Origin: Patescibacteria group bacterium
GTDB taxonomy: Bacteria > Patescibacteriota > Minisyncoccia > Phycocordibacterales > JAKAEA01
DNA length: 64,000 nucleotides
Reading direction: 5' to 3'
Assembly: GCA_040387855.1 (NCBI GenBank)
Contig: JAZKCY010000001.1
Span: 25,334-89,333, forward strand
Shown here piece by piece: positions 45,868 to 56,424 of this stretch (positions are counted from its first letter, which is position 1; every line of letters begins with the position of its first letter). A program made the position numbers and the translations under genes. The notes beneath the pieces are model-generated. The model did not search any database and had not been told where the DNA came from. It was given only the letters and a program-made list of their open reading frames with translations.

Positions 45868-47817
45868 TTAATCGAAATAAACGGTCTTCAGCGCTCTGCG
45901 ATTCTCTCCCTTGCGTGTTTCTGGTTCGGTGAGCTCGTCATCAAGTTCCATAACAAACTCTGACGGGATGTTCATCTGCTTAGATCCGAAAATGGTTCGC
46001 ATACCAGCATAACTTAAATACAATTTTTTGCGAGCTCGGGTGAGCGCTACGTAGTAAAGGCGCCGTTCTTCTTCTGTGTCTATCTTGCTATCGTCTTGGC
46101 CCATTCTTCGATGTGGAAACAAGTTTTCTTCAAGGCCAGCAATAAAAACATAGTCAAATTCAAGGCCTTTTGATGCATGAACAGTCATGAGTTTAATGGC
46201 ACTTTGATCTTTAATGAGTGTGTCTTGATCACTTGCAAGTGCTGCATCTGCAAGGAGTTGATCAATTCCCTCTTCGATAGAAACCTCATCATACTTTGTT
46301 GCGAGTGTTACAAGTTCTTTAATGTTTTCTAAACGTTCTACATCTTCTTCAAGTTTACTTGCCTTTAACATGTCTTCTATTCCAGAAACTCTGATTATAA
46401 ACTTCATTGTTTCACTTGGTTTTTTTTCACTTGCTGCCTGGCGGATTTCATCGAGCACACTATAAAAACTTTCAATTTTTGCTTTTGTTGCTGCAGGCAA
46501 GCTATCTTTTTGCCCAGCAAAAAGTTTGACCAAAGTGACTTTTCCTAAGCCTCGAGCTGGAACATTAATGATTCTTTTTAAGTCAGATAATCCTTCTGGA
46601 TTAAGGGCCGCTCGCAAGTATGAAAGCACATCTTTAACTTCTTTTCGCTCAAAGAATTTAACTCCAAGAACTTGATAAGGAAGTGAATTATGAAGTAGTG
46701 CTTCTTCTAATGCTCGAGACTGAAAGTTTGCTCTATAGAGGATAGCGATCTCTCGAGGATCAATTCCTTTTTGAATAAGTTGGGCTGCCTTTTCAGCTAC
46801 AAAGTCTGCTTCATCCGATTCATCATACCCACTATAAATACCAATCGGATCCCCTGCTCCATTTTGAGTGAAAAGGTTCTTCTTTCTTCGATTTTTATTT
46901 TTCTCAATAACTTTATTTGCAGCATTAAGAATAGTTTGGGTAGATCGATAGTTCTGTTCAAGGAGCACTACTTTTGCTTCTGGGTAATCTGCTTCGAAGT
47001 TTAAAATATTTTTAAGATCTGCACCTCGCCATGAGTAAATCATTTGATCTATATCACCCACAACACAAATATTTCTGCTTTTAGCTGAAAGAAGCTGAGC
47101 AATAGTGTATTGCACTTTGTTTGTATCTTGGTACTCATCGATGTGAATATACTTCCAGATACTTTGATAGTGCTCGAGTACTTCTTTATTATTTTTTAAT
47201 AGAAGAACAGTCTTAAGAAGCAGATCATCAAAATCCAATGCTTTTTCTTTTAATAGGATTGCCTCATAACGTTTCCATACATCAGATACAATTCGGAGGA
47301 AGTATTGATTCCCGGCTTTGCCACTAAAGCTTTCAGCTGTCTCCAGATCTCCTTTAGCCTTTGAAATGGCATTCATAACCTTCGCAGGTTCAAATTGCTT
47401 GGGATCATACCCAGCACCTTCCAATGCCTCCTTTATGGCTCGTTTTGCGTCATTCTTATCAAATATTGCAAAGTGACGTGGCAAACCAATGTGTTTAGCA
47501 TTCTCTTTTAATATATGAACACCTAATGAGTGAAAGGTACTAAGAAATGGTTTGTCATGGAATGAGAGAGGCAAATTTAATTCTTTATCTTCATGAAGGA
47601 GTTTCTCAACGCGTTCTTTCATTTCTTTTGCTGCTTTATTTGTGAATGTAATTGCTAAAATATCTCGTGGTGAAACTCCTTGTTTAATTAAGTGAAGAAT
47701 TCGAAAAGTAACAGTTTTTGTTTTCCCTGCTCCCGCTCCAGCAAGAATAAGAAGCGGCCCATCCTTGTGAATTGCCGCTTCTCGTTGTTCGGTATTAAGA
47801 CCATCTAAATAATTCAT
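45868..47817 (-). CDS. pcrA: UvrD/PcrA/Rep family DNA helicase
   Basis: Walker A AGAGAGKTKT, motifs II DEYQDTN, helicase C-terminal GLEFD; 649 aa. Confidence 0.8.
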   Translation of the reverse strand: MNYLDGLNTEQREAAIHKDGPLLILAGAGAGKTKTVTFRILHLIKQGVSPRDILAITFTNKAAKEMKERVEKLLHEDKELNLPLSFHDKPFLSTFHSLGVHILKENAKHIGLPRHFAIFDKNDAKRAIKEALEGAGYDPKQFEPAKVMNAISKAKGDLETAESFSGKAGNQYFLRIVSDVWKRYEAILLKEKALDFDDLLLKTVLLLKNNKEVLEHYQSIWKYIHIDEYQDTNKVQYTIAQLLSAKSRNICVVGDIDQMIYSWRGADLKNILNFEADYPEAKVVLLEQNYRSTQTILNAANKVIEKNKNRRKKNLFTQNGAGDPIGIYSGYDESDEADFVAEKAAQLIQKGIDPREIAILYRANFQSRALEEALLHNSLPYQVLGVKFFERKEVKDVLSYLRAALNPEGLSDLKRIINVPARGLGKVTLVKLFAGQKDSLPAATKAKIESFYSVLDEIRQAASEKKPSETMKFIIRVSGIEDMLKASKLEEDVERLENIKELVTLATKYDEVSIEEGIDQLLADAALASDQDTLIKDQSAIKLMTVHASKGLEFDYVFIAGLEENLFPHRRMGQDDSKIDTEEERRLYYVALTRARKKLYLSYAGMRTIFGSKQMNIPSEFVMELDDELTEPETRKGENRRALKTVYFD

Positions 47818-47859
47818 GTAGAAACTATATCACTCATAAAACCAAAAACAAAAAACCGC

Positions 47860-48924
47860 CTATTCGAGCGGTTTGTTGTTGGCATTTTTTTTGTTTTTTG
47901 GGTGTGTCGGATCTCGCTTTATGATTTCAAATGCTTTTTTGCTGAGGAATCCTCGTAGTATGGTTCTTAAAATAGAAGTTTTGGGAGGAACTTCTATTTG
48001 CTGAAATACTGGAGCTGTGGAACTACCTCGAGCTTCGGGTAACGGCATATGTTCCCCATTATTTCCTTCTTCTGCTTTTTCCCCGACAAATAATTCATCT
48101 ACCTTTTGATCAAGTGTACTACTTGATTCATGAGATTTTAATGCTTCTAGTTTTTCAACGAGGGTATCTTTTAATCTAACTTGGCTGTCCCGCTGTTTTA
48201 TTATAGTCTCTATTTTAGCCTTATATGCTGCAACTCTTGCTGTTTCATATGCAGGTAGAGCGAGAAATTTTTGTTCTAACAATGCTCGCTCTGCTTCTAA
48301 TGCGTGAATGGTTTCAGAAATTGAAACTACTTCTGCAGCAATTGACTCTGGAGTGTTTCCTACAAAATCATTTTCTTTAAAAATATGAAAATCTGAATCC
48401 GTGTTGAGAACTGGATCGAGTTGTGTTCTCAATGCTTCAATTCTTTCAGTGAGTGATGGTCCTTTTTGAGTAGATGCAATTTCTAGTGCTGGTTTTGGAA
48501 ATTGTTGTTTTTTAAACAAGAGTTTTTCAGTGACAATTGGTTCAATAGCTTGCTCAATTACAGTGTGACTTTTTTTAGATCGTGTTTTGCGAGCAGTAAT
48601 TCCATCCATTGTTCTGTGTGAAGAATGTGGATGATTGATTTTTCTTTTTTCTGTGCGTTCTTTTTTGTGGTGCCCTTCTGGTTGAACATCTTGATTTTCA
48701 AAATCAACTTCTTCGTAGCCAAAAACATCACGATCACTATCCACATAAGCAGTTCCAAAAAAATCTCGGCGTTCTGACATCTCTAAATCGTACCACGAGT
48801 ACCCAAGCTCGACCTGTGGATAGCTGGTTGACTTCCCATCTGTATAGTCTATAGTTACTCCAGGCGCAATTTCTGCGCTCAACCTCCCGAACTCTGAGCT
48901 CGAATTATGGCTAATTAAAGCCAT
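47860..48924 (-). CDS. hypothetical protein with coiled-coil region
   Basis: 354 aa, no recognisable motifs, basic C-terminus. Confidence 0.3.
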   Translation of the reverse strand: MALISHNSSSEFGRLSAEIAPGVTIDYTDGKSTSYPQVELGYSWYDLEMSERRDFFGTAYVDSDRDVFGYEEVDFENQDVQPEGHHKKERTEKRKINHPHSSHRTMDGITARKTRSKKSHTVIEQAIEPIVTEKLLFKKQQFPKPALEIASTQKGPSLTERIEALRTQLDPVLNTDSDFHIFKENDFVGNTPESIAAEVVSISETIHALEAERALLEQKFLALPAYETARVAAYKAKIETIIKQRDSQVRLKDTLVEKLEALKSHESSSTLDQKVDELFVGEKAEEGNNGEHMPLPEARGSSTAPVFQQIEVPPKTSILRTILRGFLSKKAFEIIKRDPTHPKNKKNANNKPLE

Positions 48925-49021
48925 TTATCAGCAACTACCGAATTCTACCCTTAATTTTAGGCTTATTTTACAGACCCCACAGGATCCTGGCCAAGCTAGA
49001 CCAAAATCTACGATTGCCCAG

Positions 49022-50128
49022 GTGACAAAGTTTGCTGTTATTGGATTACTTGTATCCAGATTGGCCCTTCCATCGATGATGATTGGCGTATCAGGAACAG
49101 CAGAAGCAAGTATCATTTCAGCGATGTCAGGTGTATTTGGTACCCAAGTTCAGGCCGCTGATGATGGCTTAACACCAAATTCTCAGAAAATGTCTCTATT
49201 AGAGGCACCTATGAACCCAACTGTTTCAACAACGGTAGATTCTTCTGTTGCCTTAATTGATGATAACGCTCTTGTTTCTCAGCCGGAAATTTTGACTAAA
49301 GCTGAGGTTTCTAGCCCTGTTATTCCAGAAAACAATAGTATTACCACCTATACAGTTAAGTCTGGTGATACAGTGAGTGGAATAGCTAAAAAGTTTAACA
49401 TTTCAGTAAATACTGTAATTTGGGCGAATAGTCTTAAGAAAGATAGTATGCTCACTGTTGGTAAAACGCTCGTAATATTACCTATTTCAGGAGTTAAGCA
49501 TGTTGTTAAAAAGGGAGATAACCTACAATCTATTGCGTTACAGTATAAGGGAAATCTCCAGGAAGTATTAGCATATAATGATCTTGCAGTAGATGATTCC
49601 CTTAAGATTGGTGAAGTAATCGTCGTTCCCGATGGTGAAATTACATCAAAGGCTGCATCAACATTAGCTGCTAATACAACAAAGACTCCTGCTAAGACCT
49701 CTGTTGCTAAGAAAGTTGCCTCTGTTGCTATTGGTGTTGGTATTGCTAGTGCTGATAATGCTCCATCTAGTGGATATTATACTCGTCCTATTAAGGCCGG
49801 AGTGCGAACCCAGGGATTACATGGTAATAACGGAGTTGATCTTGCTGACTCATGTGGTACTTCATTATATGCTGCTGCTGCTGGAACAGTCGTTATTGCA
49901 AAGGAAAATGGTGCATACAATGGTGGATACGGAAATTATGTCGTACTAAGTCATTCAAACGGCAGTCAAACACTCTATGCCCATATGCAAACTGTTGCAA
50001 TTGGTGAAGGTTCACAAGTTACTAAAGGACAGTATATTGGAACTGTGGGTGCAACTGGAAAAGTGTATGGTGCTACTGGATGTCATGTTCACTTTGAAGT
50101 TCGAAACGGACCGAGTAATCCATTTTAA
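49022..50128 (+). CDS. secreted LysM-domain M23 family metallopeptidase
   Basis: two LysM repeats (YTVKSGDTVSGIAKKFNISVNTVIWAN; HVVKKGDNLQSIALQY); C-terminal M23 motifs HGNNGVDLA and GATGCHVHFEV; N-terminal signal. Confidence 0.8.
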   Translation: MTKFAVIGLLVSRLALPSMMIGVSGTAEASIISAMSGVFGTQVQAADDGLTPNSQKMSLLEAPMNPTVSTTVDSSVALIDDNALVSQPEILTKAEVSSPVIPENNSITTYTVKSGDTVSGIAKKFNISVNTVIWANSLKKDSMLTVGKTLVILPISGVKHVVKKGDNLQSIALQYKGNLQEVLAYNDLAVDDSLKIGEVIVVPDGEITSKAASTLAANTTKTPAKTSVAKKVASVAIGVGIASADNAPSSGYYTRPIKAGVRTQGLHGNNGVDLADSCGTSLYAAAAGTVVIAKENGAYNGGYGNYVVLSHSNGSQTLYAHMQTVAIGEGSQVTKGQYIGTVGATGKVYGATGCHVHFEVRNGPSNPF

Positions 50129-50134
50129 TAATTC

Positions 50135-51694
50135 TCAGTAATTTTTCTTAGGTCTATACTGAAATGCTTCTAAAACCGCTTCGTGATCAACGGCGGTTTT
50201 TTCGTGTAAATCTGCAATGGTACGAGCCAGTTTCATCATTCGATGATGAGCTCGTCCGGACAAATGTAATCGTTCTGATGAGTTGTTAAGAATTGCTTTT
50301 GCTTCAGGGGTTAGATCAACATATTTACCAATATCACGAGCACTCATTTCGCTGTTCATCTTTATGGAACGAGAATGATTTTTGAATCGTTCAGCTTGGA
50401 TAGTCCGGGCACGTTTCACTCGCTCTTTTATAATTTCAGTGGGTACATTTGTTGATACTGATTCACTGAGTGCAGAATGATTGATTACAGAAACCTCAGT
50501 CCACATATCAACTCGATCAATTATCGGTCCTGATATTTTACGTTGATAGCGTGCAAGTACATAAGGAGTACATATGCATTCTTTGTGTTTAATTCCATAA
50601 TTTCCACAAGGACATGGATTCATGGCGATAATTAGAATTGCTTGTGCAGGAAATGTATTAGTTCCACGCGCTCGAGAGATTGTTACCACTCGTTCCTCAA
50701 GTGGTTGACGAAGCGCATCAATAACTTTACGATCAAATTCTGGAAATTCATCCATGAAAAGTACTCCTCTATGAGCCAAAGTTATTTCACCGGGTTTTGG
50801 AACAGATCCACCTCCGACAATAGAAATATAGGAAGCAGTATGATGTGGTGCCCGAAATGGAGGATGAAATATAATGTCTTCCTTTAGTATTCCAGCAACT
50901 GAATGTATAGAAGTTACTTCAAGCATTTCTTCAAATGTAAGATTGGGTAGGATGTGTCTAAAAGCTCGAGCAAGCATAGTCTTCCCTGTCCCTGGGGGTC
51001 CAAACATAGCGATATTGTGTCCCCCTGCAGCTGCTATCTCAAGCGCTCGCTTTGCTCCTTCTTGACCCTGTACATCAGCAAAATCTATATCACATATGAA
51101 TTGTTGTTCCGAAAGAATAGTTGGTTCTTGGGCTTTAAGTTGAACTTCTTCTAATAGGTGTATATCTTTTTTTCTTTTCGAACAGATATGATTAATAATA
51201 TCTTTGATATGTTCAACTCCATATATAGTTATTCCTGAAATTAACGCTGCTTCACGTGCATTAGCTTTGGGTAAATAGACATCTGTAAAGCCTTGTGCTT
51301 TCGCCTCTCTGACCAAAGGTAAGACCCCAGGAATTGCTCGTAACTGACCATCCAATGATAACTCTCCTAGAAATAACTTTCTCTCTGCATCAAATCGAAT
51401 ATCATCACATGCTAATAAATATGCTAAAGCCATTGGAACATCAAAACTAGGACCTTCTTTTTTTATATCAGCAGGAGCAAGTGAAATTACTACTTTTTGA
51501 TTTTTGCTTTTGGGAGAGTCAAAACCTGAATTTTTAATTGCAGCCGCGATACGATCTCTTGATTCTTCAACCGCTTTATCTGGTAATCCCACTACAGTAA
51601 AAGAATGTAACCCCTTGGAAAGGTCTACCTCAATTGAAATAACTGTCGCTTTAATTAAACTTGCTTGAGCACTATACACTTTTGCAAAACTCAT
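50135..51694 (-). CDS. comM: YifB/ComM family Mg-chelatase-like AAA+ ATPase
   Basis: N-terminal Lon-like domain, Walker A GPPGTGKTMLA, C-terminal ChlI region. Confidence 0.8.
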   Translation of the reverse strand: MSFAKVYSAQASLIKATVISIEVDLSKGLHSFTVVGLPDKAVEESRDRIAAAIKNSGFDSPKSKNQKVVISLAPADIKKEGPSFDVPMALAYLLACDDIRFDAERKLFLGELSLDGQLRAIPGVLPLVREAKAQGFTDVYLPKANAREAALISGITIYGVEHIKDIINHICSKRKKDIHLLEEVQLKAQEPTILSEQQFICDIDFADVQGQEGAKRALEIAAAGGHNIAMFGPPGTGKTMLARAFRHILPNLTFEEMLEVTSIHSVAGILKEDIIFHPPFRAPHHTASYISIVGGGSVPKPGEITLAHRGVLFMDEFPEFDRKVIDALRQPLEERVVTISRARGTNTFPAQAILIIAMNPCPCGNYGIKHKECICTPYVLARYQRKISGPIIDRVDMWTEVSVINHSALSESVSTNVPTEIIKERVKRARTIQAERFKNHSRSIKMNSEMSARDIGKYVDLTPEAKAILNNSSERLHLSGRAHHRMMKLARTIADLHEKTAVDHEAVLEAFQYRPKKNY

Positions 51695-51731
51695 ATGTAT
51701 AGACTACTTTATTTAGTATAAAGAAATAATA

Positions 51732-51758
51732 AAACCTCTAATTTTTTAGAGGTTTTAC
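51732..51758. terminator. bidirectional terminator between comM and dksA-like gene
   Basis: aaacctctaattttttagaggttt perfect 9-bp stem with T/A-rich flanks. Confidence 0.55.
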
Positions 51759-51765
51759 TTCATAT

Positions 51766-52128
51766 TTATTTCATGTGGGCAATGCACGTTTTTGCTGCAG
51801 GATTTGCTTCAAGTCGAGCTTCTTCAATTTCTTTACTGCACTCTTCACAAATTCCGTATGTATTGTTTTCGATTTTAGAAAGAGCACTGTCTATTTCCAT
51901 TAATCGTTGATCGAGAGAATTTACCATGCCATTATTATTTTCGTAGGATTCAATTCGGTCTGCAACTTCATTGGGATCAGCTCGTAATGTGTCCATATCT
52001 GCAGGCCGTGCCTCCCAATCATCTTGATTTTGTGTGTTTTTAACAACACCGATACTTTTTAATTCTTCAAGAACTAACGTTTTTTCTTTTTGAAGCTTGT
52101 CTTTAAAGAAATGTATATCATTTTTCAT
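51766..52128 (-). CDS. DksA/TraR family C4-type zinc-finger protein
   Basis: C-terminal CEECSKEIEEARLEANPAAKTCIAH zinc finger, coiled-coil N-terminus. Confidence 0.7.
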   Translation of the reverse strand: MKNDIHFFKDKLQKEKTLVLEELKSIGVVKNTQNQDDWEARPADMDTLRADPNEVADRIESYENNNGMVNSLDQRLMEIDSALSKIENNTYGICEECSKEIEEARLEANPAAKTCIAHMK

Positions 52129-52171
52129 AGTATATATCGTAACAATCTAATAAATTGGTGCAATGTTTAAT

Positions 52172-53197
52172 CTACCGTACCAACTGATACGTAGAAAGAC
52201 GGCTAAATATTTCTTTTAATGCGTCCTCATCAGTAGTAAGTACTAATGTATTTTGATCAGAAAATGAATACATAAGTAAAGGCGTTCCATTCATGTCTTT
52301 AAGTATTCGGACGTCTTTATTTCGTATATCAATATCTTGAAATGATTCACCCCCAAAGGTTGTTGTTGTAGAATTAAAAAGTGAAAGATACGGGTTTAAA
52401 TCATCAAACATTGATGCTTCCCACTGTATCATGCTTGCAAAAGCTGTTTGATAAGAATTAACTTTAAATACTATATAAGCTTTATCTCCATCTGCTTCGT
52501 GATACATTCCTGAGCTATAGAGCGGTTGTATGGTTCTAATAAGTGAATCGGGTAAACGTGCAGATACTAATGCTGCAAATCGAGGACCATTTATTGGAAT
52601 TGAAGGTTCGACTGTGTCTGTGCTTGGAATAGTAGTTGATGCCGTAAGGAATTTTAATCGAACTAACGTATTTAGAGCCGCGCCTGCTTGAATTCCCTCT
52701 CGTTGCAATGCATCTGGAATTTGATCATTAGATTGTAAAACAATACTTTGTGTTGATTCAGTTGAAAAAAGTAATTCTTCTGTATAGGGTACTACTACTT
52801 CTGCTTTAAGAAATACATGAATAATAGTATAGACGGTTACAGCCATACCACTTCCAATCATGAGGATAATACTTAAAATAAGTAGAAAGGCATTGCGTTT
52901 TGGATCTGTATAGGTGGGCTGAACAGCTTCTTTCTGTTTTTCTGCGACAGCTATCTTAACAACAGTTGCTCCTTGTTTACGTACTGCTTCTGCTACATCA
53001 CTTTGATATGTGCGTAAATTTTGTAGTTCTGCAGGCTTATGAAGTGTATCAATAGAATCTTGAATTGTAGGTTTAGGTAGAGGAACATCTGCTTCGTTAG
53101 CAGCGTTAAAAGATTTAAGAACATTTGTGTCAGCATCAATTGTTGGGTAAAGAGGTTTACCTGCAATTCCATTTGCATTCAATGGTTCTTCATTCAT
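52172..53197 (-). CDS. hypothetical single-pass membrane protein
   Basis: 341 aa; one TM helix (AFLLILSIILMIGSGMAVTVYTII); no recognised motifs. Confidence 0.3.
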   Translation of the reverse strand: MNEEPLNANGIAGKPLYPTIDADTNVLKSFNAANEADVPLPKPTIQDSIDTLHKPAELQNLRTYQSDVAEAVRKQGATVVKIAVAEKQKEAVQPTYTDPKRNAFLLILSIILMIGSGMAVTVYTIIHVFLKAEVVVPYTEELLFSTESTQSIVLQSNDQIPDALQREGIQAGAALNTLVRLKFLTASTTIPSTDTVEPSIPINGPRFAALVSARLPDSLIRTIQPLYSSGMYHEADGDKAYIVFKVNSYQTAFASMIQWEASMFDDLNPYLSLFNSTTTTFGGESFQDIDIRNKDVRILKDMNGTPLLMYSFSDQNTLVLTTDEDALKEIFSRLSTYQLVR

Positions 53198-53218
53198 GTC
53201 ACCTATACTATATCACAA

Positions 53219-53857
53219 CTATTTTGCTTCAGGTGGTATTGTGTCCTCAGGTTGTGTTGATTCTACAACTTCTTTAAGTGTTGCCTTAGACGTATTCTGA
53301 TTCTTATTTTGCTGGCGAGGAATTTTAAATCTTCTTTCGTTGCGAGCAGCTGGACCAATGAGATATCTGCGCACGTTCTCAGAAAGATCAATAAATTCAT
53401 CTGCGACTTCTTTTAATCGTTGAGAAGATGATTGTCCAAATGATACAACTTCTACCTGACAACCTTGGTTTATTTTTAGGTATTCTACCAATGGTACAAA
53501 ATCGCCGTCTCCTGATACTAGAATAATAGTATCAAGCTTTGGAGCCATTTTAATTGCATCTACAGCGAGTCCTACATCCCAATCTGCTTTTTTTGCACCT
53601 CCAAAAAATATTTGAAGGTCTTTAGTTCGGGTTTCAATCCCCATTTTACTTAATGCATCAAAAAAGTTTCGCTCATCCCCTGCTTCAGTTGATATAACAT
53701 ACGCCATCGCTCGGATAAGTGATCGTCCTGCTAACGTATCTTTCAGAATTTGGCCAAAGTTAACTCGAGCTTGATAAAGATTTTTTGCACTGTGATAGAG
53801 ATTTTGTGCATCGATAAATACACCAACGCGTTGCTCTTTGTGTTTAATAACTGTCAT
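53219..53857 (-). CDS. NYN domain (LabA/DUF88-like) protein
   Basis: VGVFIDAQNLYHSAKNL...ILVSGDGDFVPLVEYL pattern of NYN/PIN-like nuclease fold. Confidence 0.65.
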   Translation of the reverse strand: MTVIKHKEQRVGVFIDAQNLYHSAKNLYQARVNFGQILKDTLAGRSLIRAMAYVISTEAGDERNFFDALSKMGIETRTKDLQIFFGGAKKADWDVGLAVDAIKMAPKLDTIILVSGDGDFVPLVEYLKINQGCQVEVVSFGQSSSQRLKEVADEFIDLSENVRRYLIGPAARNERRFKIPRQQNKNQNTSKATLKEVVESTQPEDTIPPEAK

Positions 53858-53924
53858 AAATATATAAAAATGATAAGTACCGTCTGTTTATAAAAATGTC
53901 ACTTCAAACTTGTATTAAAAATAC

Positions 53925-53952
53925 AAGAGCGTGACCATATGATCACGCTCTT
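53925..53952 (-). terminator. intrinsic terminator downstream of rpsO
   Basis: agagcgtga-ccatatga-tcacgctct 9-bp stem followed on minus strand by GTATTTTTAATAC. Confidence 0.55.
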
Positions 53953-53958
53953 AGTATA

Positions 53959-54231
53959 TTACGCTTTCTTCTTTAAGTTAAGCTTTTTGGTGATTGCACC
54001 GTATCGCTTAGCATCTTTCTTTTGAAGATAGTTGAGATGTGACGCTCGATCGGCAACCATTTGGAGGAGTCCTCGTCGTGAATGCTTATCTTTTGCATGT
54101 GTCTTGAGGTGATCGGTAAGTTCCTCAATTCGCTTAGTCAAAATGGAAATCTGGACCTCAGGAGATCCTGTATCTGTGGCGTGTACGGCCATATCCTTGA
54201 TGATTTTCTGCTTTTTGGTCTTGGTTAACAT
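53959..54231 (-). CDS. rpsO: 30S ribosomal protein S15
   Basis: TGSPEVQISILTKRIEELTDHLK..HKKDKHSRRGLL matches S15; start placed at ATG 54231 (MLTKTKK), upstream extension in the track is unlikely. Confidence 0.85.
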   Translation of the reverse strand: MLTKTKKQKIIKDMAVHATDTGSPEVQISILTKRIEELTDHLKTHAKDKHSRRGLLQMVADRASHLNYLQKKDAKRYGAITKKLNLKKKA

Positions 54232-54301
54232 GATTAGGAATAATAGCATAAAGCCATGAAAAATGCAAGCCTCTAGCACTATTTTCTGATATACTAGACC
54301 C

Positions 54302-55252
54302 ATGACACTTTCTGAGTTAAAAACTCAATTTCTTGAATACACTGAGATAGAAAAGGGCCGTAGTTTAAAGACGGTTCGCAATTATGACTTCTATTTAACT
54401 ACGTTTTTAAGCCATACTAAGCTCACTAATCCTAAAGATATTACTGATTCTGTACTTCACAACTATAGATTGTGGCTTAACCGCAAGCCTTCAGGTACAA
54501 AAGAGTCAGGAGTTCAGGGTAAATCAGAAACTCTCAAAAAGAAGACACAAAATTACTATTTGATAGCGTTACGTGCATTCTTAAAGTACTTAGTTCGTAT
54601 GGGCGTTCCCTCTTTGCAGCCAGAACGTATAGACTTAGCCAAAGTACCAGAACGAAGCATTGATATTATTTCTCATGAGGAACTTGAACGTTTATTAAAT
54701 GCTCCTGCCGCAGTTACGATAGAAAAACCTGAAGATGAACTCAGGGCATTGCGAGATAAAGCCATATTAGAGCTATTTTTTTCAACTGGTCTTCGAGTTT
54801 CAGAGCTATGTTCCCTTTCAAATGATCTCGATATATCAAAAGATGAGTTTTCTATTCGAGGTAAAGGTGAAAAGATACGAGTCGTCTTTATTTCTACTGA
54901 AGCAAGGGCTTCACTTAAGGCTTATTTAGCTAAACGCACCGATATGGATGATGCATTATTCATTCAAGTTGGTAAAAATGCTAAAAATGCTGAATCTTTG
55001 CGATTAACACCACGTTCCATAGAACGTATCATCAAACAGTACGCAATAATGGCAGGAATTTCCAAAAAAGTTACACCGCACGTTATTCGTCACAGCTTTG
55101 CTACAGATTTGCTCTCCAATGGCGCAGATTTACGTTCAGTACAGGCGTTACTTGGCCATGCTCATATTGGAACCACTCAGATCTATACCCACGTAACTGA
55201 CAAACATTTAAAAGATATCCATAAGAAGTTTCATTCAGGGAATAAGAGTTAA
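54302..55252 (+). CDS. tyrosine recombinase XerC/XerD-like
   Basis: C-terminal catalytic RHSFAT...LLGHAHIGTTQIYTHV (R-H-R-Y), N-terminal SAM-like core-binding domain. Confidence 0.8.
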   Translation: MTLSELKTQFLEYTEIEKGRSLKTVRNYDFYLTTFLSHTKLTNPKDITDSVLHNYRLWLNRKPSGTKESGVQGKSETLKKKTQNYYLIALRAFLKYLVRMGVPSLQPERIDLAKVPERSIDIISHEELERLLNAPAAVTIEKPEDELRALRDKAILELFFSTGLRVSELCSLSNDLDISKDEFSIRGKGEKIRVVFISTEARASLKAYLAKRTDMDDALFIQVGKNAKNAESLRLTPRSIERIIKQYAIMAGISKKVTPHVIRHSFATDLLSNGADLRSVQALLGHAHIGTTQIYTHVTDKHLKDIHKKFHSGNKS

Positions 55253-55266
55253 AGCTTAGATGATTA

Positions 55267-55545
55267 CTAGCTAAGATTTTTTACGAGATTTACCAAGATT
55301 TCTTGAAGCAATTTGGGTGAAACAATATGCCAAAGTTTTCGTTTGCCCTTAACCTCATAGTGCACTAAACCACGTTTTTTAAGGGTTTTTAATGACGAAT
55401 ATATTGTCATTCTAGGTATTCCACTGTTTTTAGCTATATCTGAGATTTGAGCATGTGGGTTGGATTTCAGAAATATAAGCAGTTGCACTTCTTTTCGAGA
55501 AAGCATCAAAAAATCGACTATTGTTTGATTAATAGGAAATGACAT
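55267..55545 (-). CDS. winged-helix transcriptional regulator (ArsR/TrmB-like)
   Basis: 92 aa; HTH ISDIAKNSGIPRMTIYSSLKTLKKRGLV. Confidence 0.5.
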   Translation of the reverse strand: MSFPINQTIVDFLMLSRKEVQLLIFLKSNPHAQISDIAKNSGIPRMTIYSSLKTLKKRGLVHYEVKGKRKLWHIVSPKLLQEILVNLVKNLS

Positions 55546-55548
55546 ATA

Positions 55549-56328
55549 ATGCCGAGTATGAACTTTATCTCATGGAACGTCAACGGGATCCGAGCAGTAC
55601 ATAAAAAGGGTAATTTTAAGTGGATTATTGATCAGGATGCTGATTTTTTCTGTTTACAAGAAGTAAAAGCAGAGCGAGATCAACTTATTGATGAAATTCA
55701 GAATATTAAAGGATATTACTCATATTTTGATCATTCAAAGGGCCGAAAGGGCTATAGTGGCGTGGCTATATATACTAAACATGAGCCTCTAAAAATAGAA
55801 TTGGGAATGAATATCCCTGAACTCGATCAAGAAGGGCGCATGATTGGCTTATATTACAAAGATTTTGTGTTGTTCAACGTCTATTTTCCTAACGGTGGCG
55901 GTGGACCCGTGCGATTAGACTTTAAATTAAAATTTTACGATGCTTTCCTCAATCATATACAGTCTATTAGGAAGACGGGCAAAAAGATTGTTTTTTGCGG
56001 TGACATTAATACGGCTCATGAAGCCATTGATCTTGCTCGTCCTAAGGAAAATGAAGAGAACACCGGGTTCTTACCGGAAGAACGCGCATGGCTCGATGAG
56101 GTAGTTAATGCAGGATATGTTGATGTATATCGACATTTTTATCCTACTAAAACAGGTGCTTATACGTATTGGGATCAAAAGTCTGCAGCACGAGAACGAA
56201 ATGTGGGATGGCGAATTGATTACTTTTTTGTCTCACAAGAACTCCTGAAAGATGTGAAATCAATAAAGATTCATAGCGAAATTCGAGGGTCCGATCATTG
56301 TCCTCTCGAAATGGAGCTTAAGAAATAA
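55549..56328 (+). CDS. xth: exodeoxyribonuclease III (AP endonuclease)
   Basis: SWNVNGIRA start, catalytic motifs LQEVK, GDINTAH, SDHCPL. Confidence 0.85.
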   Translation: MPSMNFISWNVNGIRAVHKKGNFKWIIDQDADFFCLQEVKAERDQLIDEIQNIKGYYSYFDHSKGRKGYSGVAIYTKHEPLKIELGMNIPELDQEGRMIGLYYKDFVLFNVYFPNGGGGPVRLDFKLKFYDAFLNHIQSIRKTGKKIVFCGDINTAHEAIDLARPKENEENTGFLPEERAWLDEVVNAGYVDVYRHFYPTKTGAYTYWDQKSAARERNVGWRIDYFFVSQELLKDVKSIKIHSEIRGSDHCPLEMELKK

Positions 56329-56333
56329 GGGTA

Positions 56334-56365
56334 AAGCGAGCTCATGTGTTGACATGAGCTCGCTT
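56334..56365 (+). terminator. intrinsic terminator of xth
   Basis: aagcgagctcatgt-gttgac-acatgagctcgctt perfect 13-bp stem followed by tcgttttgtgtg. Confidence 0.7.
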
Positions 56366-56390
56366 TCGTTTTGTGTGTGGTGTAATATTG

Positions 56391-56418
56391 TTGACACTTT
56401 TTATGGTAGTGATATGAT
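56391..56418 (+). promoter_or_regulatory. consensus sigma70-type promoter (TTGACA-16 nt-TATGAT) with no downstream ORF
   Basis: TTGACA at 56391-56396, 16-nt spacer, TATGAT at 56413-56418. Confidence 0.5.
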
Positions 56419-56424
56419 CATACC

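Noticed and set aside
54232-54303. 24-aa N-terminal extension of rpsO
   Set aside because: S15 homology starts at the internal Met. The extension would overlap the divergent xerC-like start.
54302-55252. Tyrosine recombinase as integrase of a mobile element or prophage
   Set aside because: Flanked by housekeeping genes (rpsO, xth). No phage, IS or ICE genes, direct repeats or tRNA-3' att site adjacent. More consistent with chromosomal XerC/XerD.
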